Part shown: piece by piece, positions 1 to 9,192 of the stretch
Numbering within the stretch: position 1 is the stretch's first letter
How the letters are laid out: every line of letters starts with the position of its first letter
DNA from: an uncultured Acidobacteriota bacterium
GTDB taxonomy: Bacteria > Acidobacteriota > Thermoanaerobaculia > Multivoradales > UBA5704
Length of the DNA: 64,000 nucleotides
Reading direction: 5' to 3'
Assembly: GCA_963732005.1 (NCBI GenBank)
Contig: CAVSXT010000005.1
Coordinates: forward strand, 2,638,631-2,702,630
The notes under the pieces: generated by a model
The model's database searches: none
Seen by the model: only the letters and a program-made list of their open reading frames with translations
What the model was told of the DNA's origin: nothing
Position numbers and translations under genes: made by a program

Positions 1-15
1 ACAGCCGCCGACGCA

Positions 16-618
16 GTGGTTCTGGCCGCCGCGGCCGTGCCAGCTGGAATCCATCCAGACAGCCTCCTCGGACGGCTTGGGATCGACGCGACGGTGAAGG
101 CGATCGCCGATGATCCGGTAGATTTGCTACGAAACCTCTATTTCCCCGAGGGCCCGCTGTTCCAGGCAGGTGAAGCAGCCAGCTCGCTCCTCCCCGGCGG
201 CCGAACAGCCGCCGCCCCGCTAAGGGCCTACCTGGCAGCGGTTCTGGCCTACAGGGCCGTGCCACATGGAATCCATCCCGACAGCCTCCTCGGACGGCTC
301 GGGTTCGACGCGACGGCGAAGGCGATCGCGGATCCGGCGCCGAAGAGTGTCACGGCGGAGCTCGAGGGGCTTCTCAACGTCTATATCGAAGAGTGCAAAG
401 CGGCCGTTGAGCCCGAAGCGATCAACTTCCCGTCGGCGCCGGTCGTGGCTCAACTCGGCCGGTTTGGGGGACTTCTACACCGAGCCTTACATCCGGCGGC
501 GGAGCCTCCGTCCGCGGATGCCGTGACCCACCATCTGATGGGCCTCGCCGCGGAACTTGTGACCCCTGGTGATCTCTGCCGAAGCGAGAGCCTGTGGACG
601 CTGGGCAAGGTCATGTAG
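16..618 (+). CDS. hypothetical protein with two copies of a ~25-aa motif (GIHPDSLLGRLG[IF]DAT[VA]KAIAD); GTG start
   Basis: ORF in the track with natural-looking composition. Internal direct repeat at nt ~44-120 and ~265-340. No family recognised. Confidence 0.3.
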   Translation: MVLAAAAVPAGIHPDSLLGRLGIDATVKAIADDPVDLLRNLYFPEGPLFQAGEAASSLLPGGRTAAAPLRAYLAAVLAYRAVPHGIHPDSLLGRLGFDATAKAIADPAPKSVTAELEGLLNVYIEECKAAVEPEAINFPSAPVVAQLGRFGGLLHRALHPAAEPPSADAVTHHLMGLAAELVTPGDLCRSESLWTLGKVM

Positions 619-983
619 CAAGCGTGCCCCGCGAGGCGCTCGCAGCAGTCTTTTACCGCCTCCTCCATCTCGCGAATGGAGTCCGCGTCGATTGCACCGC
701 CGGGGCCGCGGCGAGCGCCCGCCGCAGCAGGTCGAGGGCCGCCTCGAACTGCCACAGGTCGCGACGGGGAGACGCTTCCAGATCGAGCAGGCGCCACTCG
801 GCCAGCAGCCCCTGGGCGGCCGGTCTCGGCGGTCCTTTGCGCGCAGCGACGTTGGGCCTGGGGTCCTCGGTATCGGGGGCGTCGCTCCATTGGGCGAGCC
901 CCTGTTCCGCGAGTGCCACGTTGCCCACCGGCCGGTGCCCCCGTGCTGGCGGGCACCGTCGGTGGGCGGGTGCTGCGGTCAGG

Positions 984-1277
984 TCACCAGGTGTCCCGCG
1001 TCCAGAGCATCCCCTCGCCCAGGCAGCGGTAACCGGTGGCAGCTTCGCCGGTGATCGGATCGAGGGATTCGAGCACGCCATGAGTGAAGATCGCCATGAA
1101 CTCGGCGCCGTCGTCGCCGTAGAGATGGACCAGGCCGTGATAGGCGACTTCGGCGCCGCAGGGCGCCACCAGCCGCCCGTGGTCGCCGAGGCGATATCTC
1201 AGCATACCCAGGCCGAGCTGCTTGGTCTGAAAGTCCGCGGCGAGCACGTCGACGACCACGGTGTCGAACAGACCCAT
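984..1277 (-). CDS. hypothetical protein (97 aa)
   Basis: Natural-looking composition. Starts 2 nt after the stop of the upstream 86-aa ORF, suggesting a two-gene operon and a possible toxin-antitoxin-like pair. Confidence 0.3.
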   Translation of the reverse strand: MGLFDTVVVDVLAADFQTKQLGLGMLRYRLGDHGRLVAPCGAEVAYHGLVHLYGDDGAEFMAIFTHGVLESLDPITGEAATGYRCLGEGMLWTRDTW

Positions 1278-1279
1278 GG

Positions 1280-1540
1280 TCAGCTCGCCTCCGCGGCCGA
1301 GCTGCTGTCGAGCGCGGCGGGATCGAGGCCGTAGATCGCCATCAGCTCAGCGATCTGAGCCCAGGCGGTGTCGGAGAACGGCTGGCGGTCGGTGAAGGCG
1401 CCGCGGACCAGGTCCTCGAGGAGCTGTCCCAGGGACAGGTCGTAGAGCTCGGCGAGCGCCTTGAGCACCTTGACCATGCGCCTGTCCATGCGCACGCCGG
1501 TCTGGACGCGATCGGGTGTCGGTGGCGTTGGCTTGGTCAT
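1280..1540 (-). CDS. hypothetical small protein (86 aa, MTKPTPP...)
   Basis: Internal ATG at 1538-1540 preceded by GAGGAG. The upstream part of the track ORF is compositionally unnatural. Confidence 0.4.
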   Translation of the reverse strand: MTKPTPPTPDRVQTGVRMDRRMVKVLKALAELYDLSLGQLLEDLVRGAFTDRQPFSDTAWAQIAELMAIYGLDPAALDSSSAAEAS

Positions 1541-1740
1541 GAGAGCTGCTCCTCGACCTTCTGCACAACCAGGCGTTTGGCGATGTTCAGCCGGCCGCGC
1601 AAGTGGACCCGGCGCATGCCGCCGGTGTCGTAGCAATGAGCGAAGCTGCGCTCGAGCAGCTCCCCACGCCGGCGCAAGAGCCTCTTGCCCCGGTCACCGA
1701 TTGCAGGTCTGTTGGAGCTGGTGTAGCGCCTCCCAAGCAT
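1537..1740 (-). pseudogene. C-terminal remnant of a DDE transposase (IS4/IS5-superfamily-like tail ...ERSFAHCYDTGGMRRVHLRGRLNIAKRLVVQ)
   Basis: The 67-aa ORF matches only the conserved C-terminal tail of IS4/IS5-type transposases. No N-terminal catalytic region is present. Confidence 0.45.
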
Positions 1741-1767
1741 CGTCGCGGTTAGGTCTGCCGTCGCGCC

Positions 1768-2268
1768 TCAGCGGCCTAACCCGAGTCCACGGTCCAGGAC
1801 TCTCTCGACCGCTCGGATGGCGAGCTCGACGCGGAAGGGAAGCTCGCGGGAGAGCGTCGAGACGGCCAGCCTGGCCGCTTCCGGGCCGATCTCGCGGACG
1901 ATGGCCTCGATCGCCTTCTCGGGTCCCTTCATCGCCTGCTCCACTCGCTGCAAGGTCCTGTTGAGGTGTTGTAGCTGGTCGCGCAGTTTGGGCAGGCTTT
2001 CGCCGATGGCGTTTGCGGGCGCCTGCGCCTGGGCGGCGGCGCGCTCTGAACCGTGATAGCGATCGAGGGCGGAGCGTAGGGTGGGCACGGCGCCGAGGGC
2101 CTCCTGCTGGGTTCGATCGGGCCGGCGAAGGAGGGTCTCCGGGCGACCGTGGATCTGGCCATAGACGGCGGCGTGCCCGGCTCTGAGTCGCTCGGACGCA
2201 TGCGGGTCGGCGGTCAGGCGCTCGACCACCTGGGCCGGCTGGGTGTAGACGCGCCCGGCCGCCCACAC
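1768..2268 (-). CDS. probable frameshifted C-terminal continuation of the relaxase (would give a ~1000-aa TraA-like protein)
   Basis: This frame is open and natural-looking from ~2400 down to 1768. The relaxase frame turns into low-complexity junk after ...DYAAAAIERQA. A G/C homopolymer lies at ~2391-2403. Confidence 0.5.
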   Translation of the reverse strand: MWAAGRVYTQPAQVVERLTADPHASERLRAGHAAVYGQIHGRPETLLRRPDRTQQEALGAVPTLRSALDRYHGSERAAAQAQAPANAIGESLPKLRDQLQHLNRTLQRVEQAMKGPEKAIEAIVREIGPEAARLAVSTLSRELPFRVELAIRAVERVLDRGLGLGR

Positions 2269-4775
2269 CAGGTTGGCGCGATCGGCGGCGAGGTCGCTTG
2301 CGGCGGTGACGGCATGCTCGACGGTGGACAGGTCCCCGCGGAGGTGCTGGATCTCATGGCGTAGGTTACTGGCCTGGTTCTCGAGCGGCGCGAGGGGGCG
2401 GCCTGGCGCTCGATGGCAGCGGCGGCGTAGTCGCGGGCGAGGTCGTCCTTGGACGGGGCGCGGGAGAGGGCGCGGTCGAGGTGCTCTCGGTCGGCGAAGG
2501 TCTGGCGGTCGGTGTAGACCTGGATGTCCTGGCGATGGCGGGTGAGTGCGACGTAGGAGGCGTTGCGGTTCATCAGCGGGTCGGCGAGGACGTAGGTGCG
2601 GTCTACGGTGGCGCCCTGGCTCTTGTGGATGGTGACCGCATAGCCATGGGCGATCTGGTCGTACTGGCCGGGATGGAAGGCCACCCGGCGGCCGTCGTCG
2701 AGGCGGGCGACGAAGCGGTCGGGCGAGACGCGCTCTAGGGTTCCCAGGGTGCCATTCTTGACGCCGACGGCCTGGCCCCTGGCGCGGCCGAGGTTGGTCA
2801 CCTCGCGGCCCTGGTGGTCGTTCTTGAGAAAGACCAGGCGGTCGCCGGCGGCGTACTCGGCGCCGGCGACGGTGATGCCGGCGCGGAGCTCGCCCGCGGC
2901 CAGGCGCTGGTCGCGGATGCCGGTGTTGAGGCGGGCGACGTCGTCGTTGCGGTAGGCGAGCACCAGCTGGCCGCGGCCGGGGTCGGCGGCGCGATCGGCA
3001 GCGTAGCGGGCCAGGAGGTCGGCGCGGGCGGCGTCGCGGGTGTCGGCGACGTGGAGGCGGCCGGCCTGCTGGTAGGCGTCGAGGGCCGGGGCAACGCGGC
3101 CACCGGCGAGGTCCGCGGACGCCTCGCGCTGCCAGGGCTCGGCCTGGCGGCGGATGGTGTCGAGGCGGGCCGAGGGGTGCTGCTCGAGCAGGCCGCGAAA
3201 GGCGTCGCCGGGTCCGATCGGCTTGAGCTGGTCGGGATCGCCGACCAGGATGACCTTGGCGCGCTGGCTGGCCGCATGGTCGAGCACGCGGGAGAGCTGG
3301 CGGGCATCCACCATGCCGGCCTCGTCGACGACCAGCACGCAGCGACGGTCCAGGAAATCGCCGTGCTTCCAGGAGTACTCCCAGCTGTGGAGGGTGCGGG
3401 AGCGGATGCCGGTCTCGCGCTGCAGGCTATCGGCGGCCTTGCCGGCCAGGGCGCCGCCGAGCACGTCGTAGCCAGCCTCGCGGTAGGCGTCGGCGATGGT
3501 GGCGGCGGTGGTGGTCTTGCCGGCGCCGGCGCGGCCGACGACGAGGGCGAGGTCGTCGCGGGTGGTGGCGGCAAGGACGGCGTCGCGCTGCTCGTCGGAG
3601 AGCCGCGGCGCGCGGTCGAGGGCACGCTGGACGTCGGCGGGATCGAGGCAGAGGTCCCGGCGGGCGGCGAGCTCGCCGGCGGCGTGGAAGAGACGCGCCT
3701 CGTCGCGCAAGTAGTCGGTGGAAGCGTAGTGGTTCACGCCGCGGGCGTCCTTGCCGACGCTGGCGGTCAGGTGGCGGTCGAGCGCGCGCTCGGCAAGGGC
3801 GTGGCTGTCGGGCTCATGGAACGCAGCGCGCCGGATGTCGGCCTTGGTGAAGGTGGCGCGGGTCGCGGTGAGGCGATCGATCAGCGCCGCGGCGCGCTCG
3901 CCGCGGGTGGCGCCGGCCAGGGGCTCGCGCTCGCGGGCGCCCTCCTGGAGCTGGACCTGGGGCGGCTCGGGATGGAGCTCGCGGTGCTGGCGGAAGGTCT
4001 CGCCGAAGCGGGCGGCGAGCTTCGGGCCGCTCAGGCTGCGGTCGACCTTGGAAAGTGAGATCCGGCGGCTGCCGTCGGTGACGACCAGGCCGGAGCCGCG
4101 CTCGGCCGGTTCGAGGCGGTAGCCGAGCCCGGCGAGCGCGGCTTCGAGCTCCACCCAGCTGGTGGCCTGGGCGAAGACGTGGCCGGCCTCGTCACGGACG
4201 CGGTCGGCGAAGGGCTGGACGCCAGTGCGCATGGCCTCGCGGACGGTGCCAGCGCCGAGGTCGGGGGGTGCCTGCTCGCGGCCGGTGCGGCTGAGGTCGT
4301 ACTCGACCTCGAGGGCGGGGATGGCCTCGTGGGCATGCACCATGTCGCGGAAGGGCCGCCAGGCGCGGCCGTCGTCGCCGATGCGGTTGATGACGATGTG
4401 GATGTGCTGGTTGTCGGTGTCGCGGTGGGCGATGAGCACGGCCTGGTGGTCGGCGAGCCCCATGCGGCCGAGGACGCGGCTGGCGACGTCCTCCCACTGC
4501 TGGCGGGTGAGGTGCTCGCCGGCGGCCAGGCTCAGGCCGAAGTGGTAGACGGGCTCCTCGACCCTGGGGTTGTCGCTGGCGGTGTAGCGCATGAGCTGGG
4601 CAGCCTCGGCGGGGTTGTCGGTGTCGAGGTTGCGGGTGCTGGACCAGGCGACCCGTGCGAGGTCGGGGCGGTCGCGGTGGCCCTGCTGGAGGTAGCGGAC
4701 GAGTCCGGCGAAGCTGCGGCCAAGCCCGGTTCTGGCGCCGGTGCCGGACTTGCGGCCGCCCTTGAAGGTGGTCAT
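2214..4775 (-). CDS. conjugative relaxase: MobA/VirD2-type relaxase domain fused to a TraA/RecD-like (P-loop, UvrD_C-like) helicase
   Basis: N-terminus carries the HxH motif HIHIVINRI. Walker A GRAGAGKTTT and VLVVDEAGMV are present. C-terminal helicase motif VTIHKSQGATVDRTYV. The last ~60 aa of the track ORF are compositionally unnatural, consistent with a frameshift near 2385-2405. Confidence 0.85.
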   Translation of the reverse strand: MTTFKGGRKSGTGARTGLGRSFAGLVRYLQQGHRDRPDLARVAWSSTRNLDTDNPAEAAQLMRYTASDNPRVEEPVYHFGLSLAAGEHLTRQQWEDVASRVLGRMGLADHQAVLIAHRDTDNQHIHIVINRIGDDGRAWRPFRDMVHAHEAIPALEVEYDLSRTGREQAPPDLGAGTVREAMRTGVQPFADRVRDEAGHVFAQATSWVELEAALAGLGYRLEPAERGSGLVVTDGSRRISLSKVDRSLSGPKLAARFGETFRQHRELHPEPPQVQLQEGAREREPLAGATRGERAAALIDRLTATRATFTKADIRRAAFHEPDSHALAERALDRHLTASVGKDARGVNHYASTDYLRDEARLFHAAGELAARRDLCLDPADVQRALDRAPRLSDEQRDAVLAATTRDDLALVVGRAGAGKTTTAATIADAYREAGYDVLGGALAGKAADSLQRETGIRSRTLHSWEYSWKHGDFLDRRCVLVVDEAGMVDARQLSRVLDHAASQRAKVILVGDPDQLKPIGPGDAFRGLLEQHPSARLDTIRRQAEPWQREASADLAGGRVAPALDAYQQAGRLHVADTRDAARADLLARYAADRAADPGRGQLVLAYRNDDVARLNTGIRDQRLAAGELRAGITVAGAEYAAGDRLVFLKNDHQGREVTNLGRARGQAVGVKNGTLGTLERVSPDRFVARLDDGRRVAFHPGQYDQIAHGYAVTIHKSQGATVDRTYVLADPLMNRNASYVALTRHRQDIQVYTDRQTFADREHLDRALSRAPSKDDLARDYAAAAIERQAAPSRRSRTRPVTYAMRSSTSAGTCPPSSMPSPPQATSPPIAPTWCGRPGASTPSRPRWSSA

Positions 4776-5314
4776 CCGCGGGGCTCGTCCTGGAGGGCGC
4801 GGCGGACGGCGCGCACCTCGGCCTGGACGCTCTGGACGGCGCCAAGCAGGGCGGCCGACAGCAGGGTGCCGGAGTGGGCGAGCTTGACGAGCTGGTTGAG
4901 GTTGTTGCCGGCCCTGGCGAGCTGGACGATGGCAGCGCGGGCGAGGGGCCAGCGCGCAGTCGGCGGCCTGCCGCGTACGAGGTGGCGCAGGTAGGTACCA
5001 ACGGTGACGCCGGCGCCCTTGGCGCGGGCTTCGAGGTCAAAGTACTGGCTCGGGGTGAGCCGGGCACCCACGATGCACGACAGGGGCTCGGGCTCGGCGG
5101 CCCCACCTGCCGGGTCTCCCGCGGCGGGGGCGCAGGGCAACGCCCCGGCGGTGGCGAGGGGCGCGCCGGCAGGCGCGTCGCCGGCGGCGAGCCGATCAAG
5201 GACGGTGCGGCGGCACCAGGCGGCGGGCGCCAGCCCGGCGGCCCGCGCCGCGGCGGCCAGACGCGCATGCTCCTCGGGGGTGAGCCGGAAGGCGACGAGG
5301 TGGGACCGGCTCAT
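4772..5314 (-). CDS. mobC: MobC-family mobilisation (relaxosome accessory) protein
   Basis: Motif ...QLARAGNNLNQLVKLAHSG is the MobC signature. ATG at 5312-5314. The stop overlaps the relaxase start, giving a mobC-relaxase operon. Confidence 0.75.
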   Translation of the reverse strand: MSRSHLVAFRLTPEEHARLAAAARAAGLAPAAWCRRTVLDRLAAGDAPAGAPLATAGALPCAPAAGDPAGGAAEPEPLSCIVGARLTPSQYFDLEARAKGAGVTVGTYLRHLVRGRPPTARWPLARAAIVQLARAGNNLNQLVKLAHSGTLLSAALLGAVQSVQAEVRAVRRALQDEPRG

Positions 5315-5924
5315 GGCCGTCGCCTCGGTCCAGGGCCGCGCAGGCGCCGAGCGCAGCGAAGGCGCCCTTCCCGACCAGGCGGCCCGGCGTTGCGCTGGCG
5401 GACCGGGAGCGGGCGGCTGACGCCCCTGCTGGCGGCAACGCCGAGGGCCGGGCCCGACGCCGGTGGGCGAAGGCAACGCCGGTGGGCTGCCCGTCTGAAA
5501 CTTACCAACGACGCGCAGGTGGTGGCAGCGGCCGGGTCGATGCCGATGGAGCCACGGGTGGCGGGCGGCGAGGCAACGACGATCGACCCCCCTACCTGGA
5601 AAGCAGAGCGGAGAAGGCCGATAGACCTGCAGCGAAGCCGGCAGGGTCGGCGCTTCGACCGGTGAGTGGCACGAAGGTCGGAGAGTGCGGCGGTGACGAT
5701 TGGGGAGCGGCACCGGATGGCGGGCGGGTGCCGAGTTGCCCGGGCCGTAGCGACGTGGGACGCGACCTCGCCCGAGTCCGGGAAGGGTCGAAGAGTGATC
5801 AGCCGGGTCCGGTCCATGGCATTCGAGCCGAAGGCGAGAATGCCCCGCCTGGTAACGGAGTTAACAGGCGGCTTTCTTGCTCTCAAGCTCCTCTGAGGCC
5901 GACCTACGAGCCTGTGGGGTGCTA

Positions 5925-5975
5925 GACATCCTCATATGACCATCATATCATGATATAGACCATGAATAGTGGGTC
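5925..5975. promoter_or_regulatory. AT-rich divergent intergenic island with a 12-bp perfect palindrome ATATCATGATAT and GACCAT repeats; candidate oriT/nic or operator-promoter
   Basis: The only markedly AT-rich stretch in the mob/xis-primase region. It sits between the divergent mobC-relaxase and xis-primase operons. Confidence 0.35.
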
Positions 5976-6076
5976 ACAGTGGAGTGCAACGTGCGGTGGG
6001 AACGCCTGCCAGGGCCTCCATTGACCCCTTCAACCCGGGCCGGCTCGCCCGGCCGTACGACTGCGAGGTGATCGTG

Positions 6077-6281
6077 ATGTCCGTGCTGCTCAACACCCGG
6101 CAAGCCGCCGAACGCTGCAACCTGTCGGCGCACACCCTGGAGAAGTACCGGGTCACCGGTGGCGGACCGCCCTTCATCCGGCTGGGCAGGGCGGTCCGCT
6201 ACCAGCTCGAAGAACCTGGAAGCGTGGATCGCGGCCCACCGGCGGCGGAGCACCTCCGACGAGCTGGACGCTCGCGGTTGA
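6077..6281 (+). CDS. AlpA/Xis-like HTH excisionase/transcriptional regulator (apparent +1 frameshift near 6213)
   Basis: MSVLLNTRQAAERCNLSAHTLEKYRVTGGGPPFIRLGRAVRYQLEE, followed in the +1 frame by ...LEAWIAAHRRRSTSDELDARG*. This is the typical AlpA C-terminus. The track fuses this gene to the primase as one 719-aa ORF. Confidence 0.55.
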
Positions 6282-6298
6282 GCTGGACGCTGCCGGCG

Positions 6299-8128
6299 AT
6301 GTCCGACGACGGCGCCCAGCTGGCGGCGATCGAACGCGCCCTCGCGGCGAGGCAGGCTCGCCGCGAGGGGCGCGAGCTGCGGTTCCTGTGCCCGGCGCAC
6401 GAGGACCACCGCCCCTCGGCGCGCTGGAACCACGAGAAGCGGACATGGGTCTGCGACGTGTGCCGGACGGGTGGTGGCTGGCGCGATCTCTCGGCGCGGC
6501 TGGGCCTCGAGCTGCCGGCCGGCGGCGGCGAGCCGCTCGCCGAGGTCGAGGCGGTCTACGACTACCGCGACGGCGACGGCCGCCTGCTGTTCCAGGTGCT
6601 GCGCAAGCGGGGCAAGCAGTTCCCCTGCCGGCGGCCGCTGCCGGGCGGCGGCTGGGCCTGGAACCTCGAGGGCATTGAGCGGGTGCTCTACCGGCTGCCG
6701 GAGACGGTGGTGGCGGTGGCGGCCGGCGAGACGGTGTTCCTGGTCGAAGGGGAGAAGGACGCCGACCGCCTGGCGGCCCTGGGCCTGGCCGCCACCACCA
6801 ACCCCGGCGGCGCCAAGAAGTGGCGGGCGGCCTACGGCGCGGCGCTGCGCGGCGCCCGAGTGGTGATCCTGCCGGACAACGACCTGGCGGGCCGGGAGCG
6901 TGCCGGCACGGTCGCCAGGAGCCTGACGACGATGCGCGGTGGCGCCGCGGCGGAGGTGGGGATGCTCGAGCTGGCGGGTCTGCCCGAGAAGGGCGACGTG
7001 TCGGACTGGATCGCGGAGCGGGAGCGGGCGGGACGGCCGGCGGCGGAGATCCGCCGCGAGCTCGGGGAGCTGGCGGCCGCGGCGCCCACGGTGTTGCCGG
7101 CGGACCTCTCGCCGGCGGGATCCCCGGCGGGGCGTCGGTCGCGTGTCCGCCGCGCTTCGGATGTGCCGCCGCAGGCGGTGGTCTTCCTGTGGCAGCCCTA
7201 CATCGCGTGCGGCAAGCTGACGCTGCTCGAGGGCGATCCCGGGCAGGGCAAGAGCTGGATCGCCGCGGCGCTGGCCACCGCGGGCTCGCGCGGCCAGGGC
7301 CTGCCCGGCGCGGCGCCGTTTGCGCCCTTCCGGACGCTGATCTTCACCGCCGAGGACGGCCTGGGCGACACGCTGCGCCCGCGGCTCGACCTGCTGGGGG
7401 CCGACTGCGACGCGGTGTTCCTGCACGACCAGCCGCTCGACCTTGCCCAGGCCGACGACTTTGCCGAGATCGAGCAGGCGCTGGCCGAGCACCGGCCGCG
7501 CCTGGTCATCCTGGACCCGATCGTGGCCTATCTCGGCGCGAAGACCGACGCCTATCGCGCCAACGAGGTGCGGGCGATCCTCGCCCCGCTGGCGCGGCTC
7601 GCCGACCGCCACGGCTGCGCGGTGCTCGCCGTGCGCCACCTCAACAAGTCGCGGGGGAGCCGCAGCATCTACGCCGGCCAGGGCTCGATCGACTTCACCG
7701 CCGCGGCGCGCTCGGTGCTGCTGGCCGGCTGCGGCGCCGATGACGACGCCGAGCGGGCGCTGGTGCACATCAAGTCCAATCTCGCCGCGGTCGGGCCGAC
7801 CCTGGCCTATGCCATCGACGAGCAGGGCTTCCGCTGGGCCGGGGCGAGCCCGTTGCGGGCCAGCGACCTGCTGGCGCCGGAGGCCACCGGCAACGACCTG
7901 TCCTCGCTCGACGAGGCGCGGGCCTTCCTGCGCAGCCTGCTCGGCGCCGGCCCGGTGAGCACCAACGAGATCTGGGCCGCCGCCCGCCAGGCGGGGATCG
8001 CCGAGCACACCCTGCGCCGCGCCAAGCAGCTCGAGGGCATCGTTGCCCGCCGCCAGGGCTACGGGACGGGCGGCAGCTGGCGCTGGTCGCTGGACGGACC
8101 GCCGGCCGCGCCGGCGGGGGAGGGGTGA
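6299..8128 (+). CDS. phage/plasmid-type bifunctional primase-helicase (CHC2-like zinc finger, Toprim, AAA_25/RepA-like P-loop)
   Basis: Zinc-finger motif LRFLCPAHEDH...WVCDVCRTGGG. Toprim motif FLVEGEKDADRL...VILPDNDLAGRE. Walker A EGDPGQGKSW, plus LVILDPIVAY and AVRHLNKS. Confidence 0.8.
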   Translation: MSDDGAQLAAIERALAARQARREGRELRFLCPAHEDHRPSARWNHEKRTWVCDVCRTGGGWRDLSARLGLELPAGGGEPLAEVEAVYDYRDGDGRLLFQVLRKRGKQFPCRRPLPGGGWAWNLEGIERVLYRLPETVVAVAAGETVFLVEGEKDADRLAALGLAATTNPGGAKKWRAAYGAALRGARVVILPDNDLAGRERAGTVARSLTTMRGGAAAEVGMLELAGLPEKGDVSDWIAERERAGRPAAEIRRELGELAAAAPTVLPADLSPAGSPAGRRSRVRRASDVPPQAVVFLWQPYIACGKLTLLEGDPGQGKSWIAAALATAGSRGQGLPGAAPFAPFRTLIFTAEDGLGDTLRPRLDLLGADCDAVFLHDQPLDLAQADDFAEIEQALAEHRPRLVILDPIVAYLGAKTDAYRANEVRAILAPLARLADRHGCAVLAVRHLNKSRGSRSIYAGQGSIDFTAAARSVLLAGCGADDDAERALVHIKSNLAAVGPTLAYAIDEQGFRWAGASPLRASDLLAPEATGNDLSSLDEARAFLRSLLGAGPVSTNEIWAAARQAGIAEHTLRRAKQLEGIVARRQGYGTGGSWRWSLDGPPAAPAGEG

Positions 8129-8161
8129 TGGCCTAGCGGGGTCGCGGCGGCGCGCAGGCGT

Positions 8162-8393
8162 CCATAGATGGCCAAGCTCCCCATATATGGAGGTTGGTCA
8201 TCTATGGGTGGGAATGCGGGCTGGGACGGTCCCGTCCGGCGAGCCGATGCGCTTTTCTCGGGCAGGCTCTGGCGTGCTCTGGCGAACGCGGGAGGGCGTG
8301 GAATGGCGCGAGGCGGCGAGCCGGCCGGAGTTCGCGAGGGGACAGCCGCCGGGGCGTGGCCGGCCGGACCGGCGCTGGCTTGGCCATCTATGG
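8162..8393. repeat. four copies of a CCAT(A/C)(G/T)ATGG-type palindromic motif (ccatagatgg, ccatatatgg, tcatctatgg, ccatctatgg)
   Basis: Seen directly at ~8162, 8181, 8198 and 8384. The array lies between the primase stop and the next gene. Confidence 0.5.
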
Positions 8394-8480
8394 TGCGGCG
8401 GCTCCAACCCGGGCAGACCGGGGGTGTTTGGAGGGCGCCGAGCGACCCTGGAAACGTGAGACGGACGACCCGGAGACCCG

Positions 8481-9149
8481 ATGACATCTCGCCGCGCCGG
8501 CCTTGCCATCGCCCTCGCCGCCATCCTGGTCCAGGCACCGCGCCTGGTGCTGGCGCTGCTTGCCGCCGACCGGCTGCCGGTGGCGGCCCCGACCGAGCGT
8601 GCCCTGCTGGTGCTGGCCGGGATCGGCACCGCCTTGGTGCTGACCGGCGGCAACCTCTACCTGGCTCACACCGTCGCCCAGGTGCGGCCATGGCGGCGGA
8701 CACTGGCGGCCACCTGGCTGGCGGTGCTGGCCGCCTCGGGCGGCCTGGTCCTGCCGTTGATCGTCGCCGGGCTGTCCGCGCGCACCCTGCCCGAGATCCT
8801 TGGCGCCGGCAGGCTCGCCTGGCCGTGGGCGGTGCTCGCCGCGATCGCGCACGAGCTGACCGCTGCCGGCTGCGTGCTGGCAGGCGCTGCCTGGGCCGCT
8901 CAGGCTGGTGGCGCAGCCGGAGTGGGGACGGCGCCGCGGGTCGCTGCCGCCATCGAGCTGCCGGCAGGCAGCGAGGCCGGCCTGCCGGCAGGAGCGGCGG
9001 CCGGTGGTGCGCCGCCGCAGGCTGCGGCGCAGGGAATCGCTTGCCGCGCGGGCTGCGGCAGAAGGTTCGGGTCCCAGCAGGCCGAGATCGCTCACCTTCG
9101 GCATTGCCCCCGCCGGCAGGCTCGCGCCGGCGCGGAGCCCGCGAACTGA
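8481..9149 (+). CDS. hypothetical integral membrane protein with a Cys-rich C-terminal tail
   Basis: Several hydrophobic helices. Natural-looking composition. No family recognised. Confidence 0.4.
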   Translation: MTSRRAGLAIALAAILVQAPRLVLALLAADRLPVAAPTERALLVLAGIGTALVLTGGNLYLAHTVAQVRPWRRTLAATWLAVLAASGGLVLPLIVAGLSARTLPEILGAGRLAWPWAVLAAIAHELTAAGCVLAGAAWAAQAGGAAGVGTAPRVAAAIELPAGSEAGLPAGAAAGGAPPQAAAQGIACRAGCGRRFGSQQAEIAHLRHCPRRQARAGAEPAN

Positions 9150-9192
9150 CCGCCGCTCCGGGTGACAACTCGTGCGGCTGGCAGGCGGGCGT

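Noticed and set aside
1768-2268. Treating the 166-aa ORF as an independent gene downstream of the relaxase
   Set aside because: Its frame is open far upstream of its first ATG and continues the relaxase naturally. A frameshifted relaxase C-terminus is the better explanation, and the independent-gene reading is kept only as the alternative.
4192-5268. 358-aa minus-strand ORF and other R/P-rich ORFs overlapping the relaxase/mobC region
   Set aside because: They overlap well-supported genes in other frames and show low-complexity composition.
5948-8128. Single 719-aa ORF 5969-8128 (and antisense 686-aa ORF 5948-8008)
   Set aside because: The plus ORF is an artefactual fusion of an upstream open frame, an AlpA-like gene and the primase, and was split into two genes. 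The antisense ORF is compositional noise.
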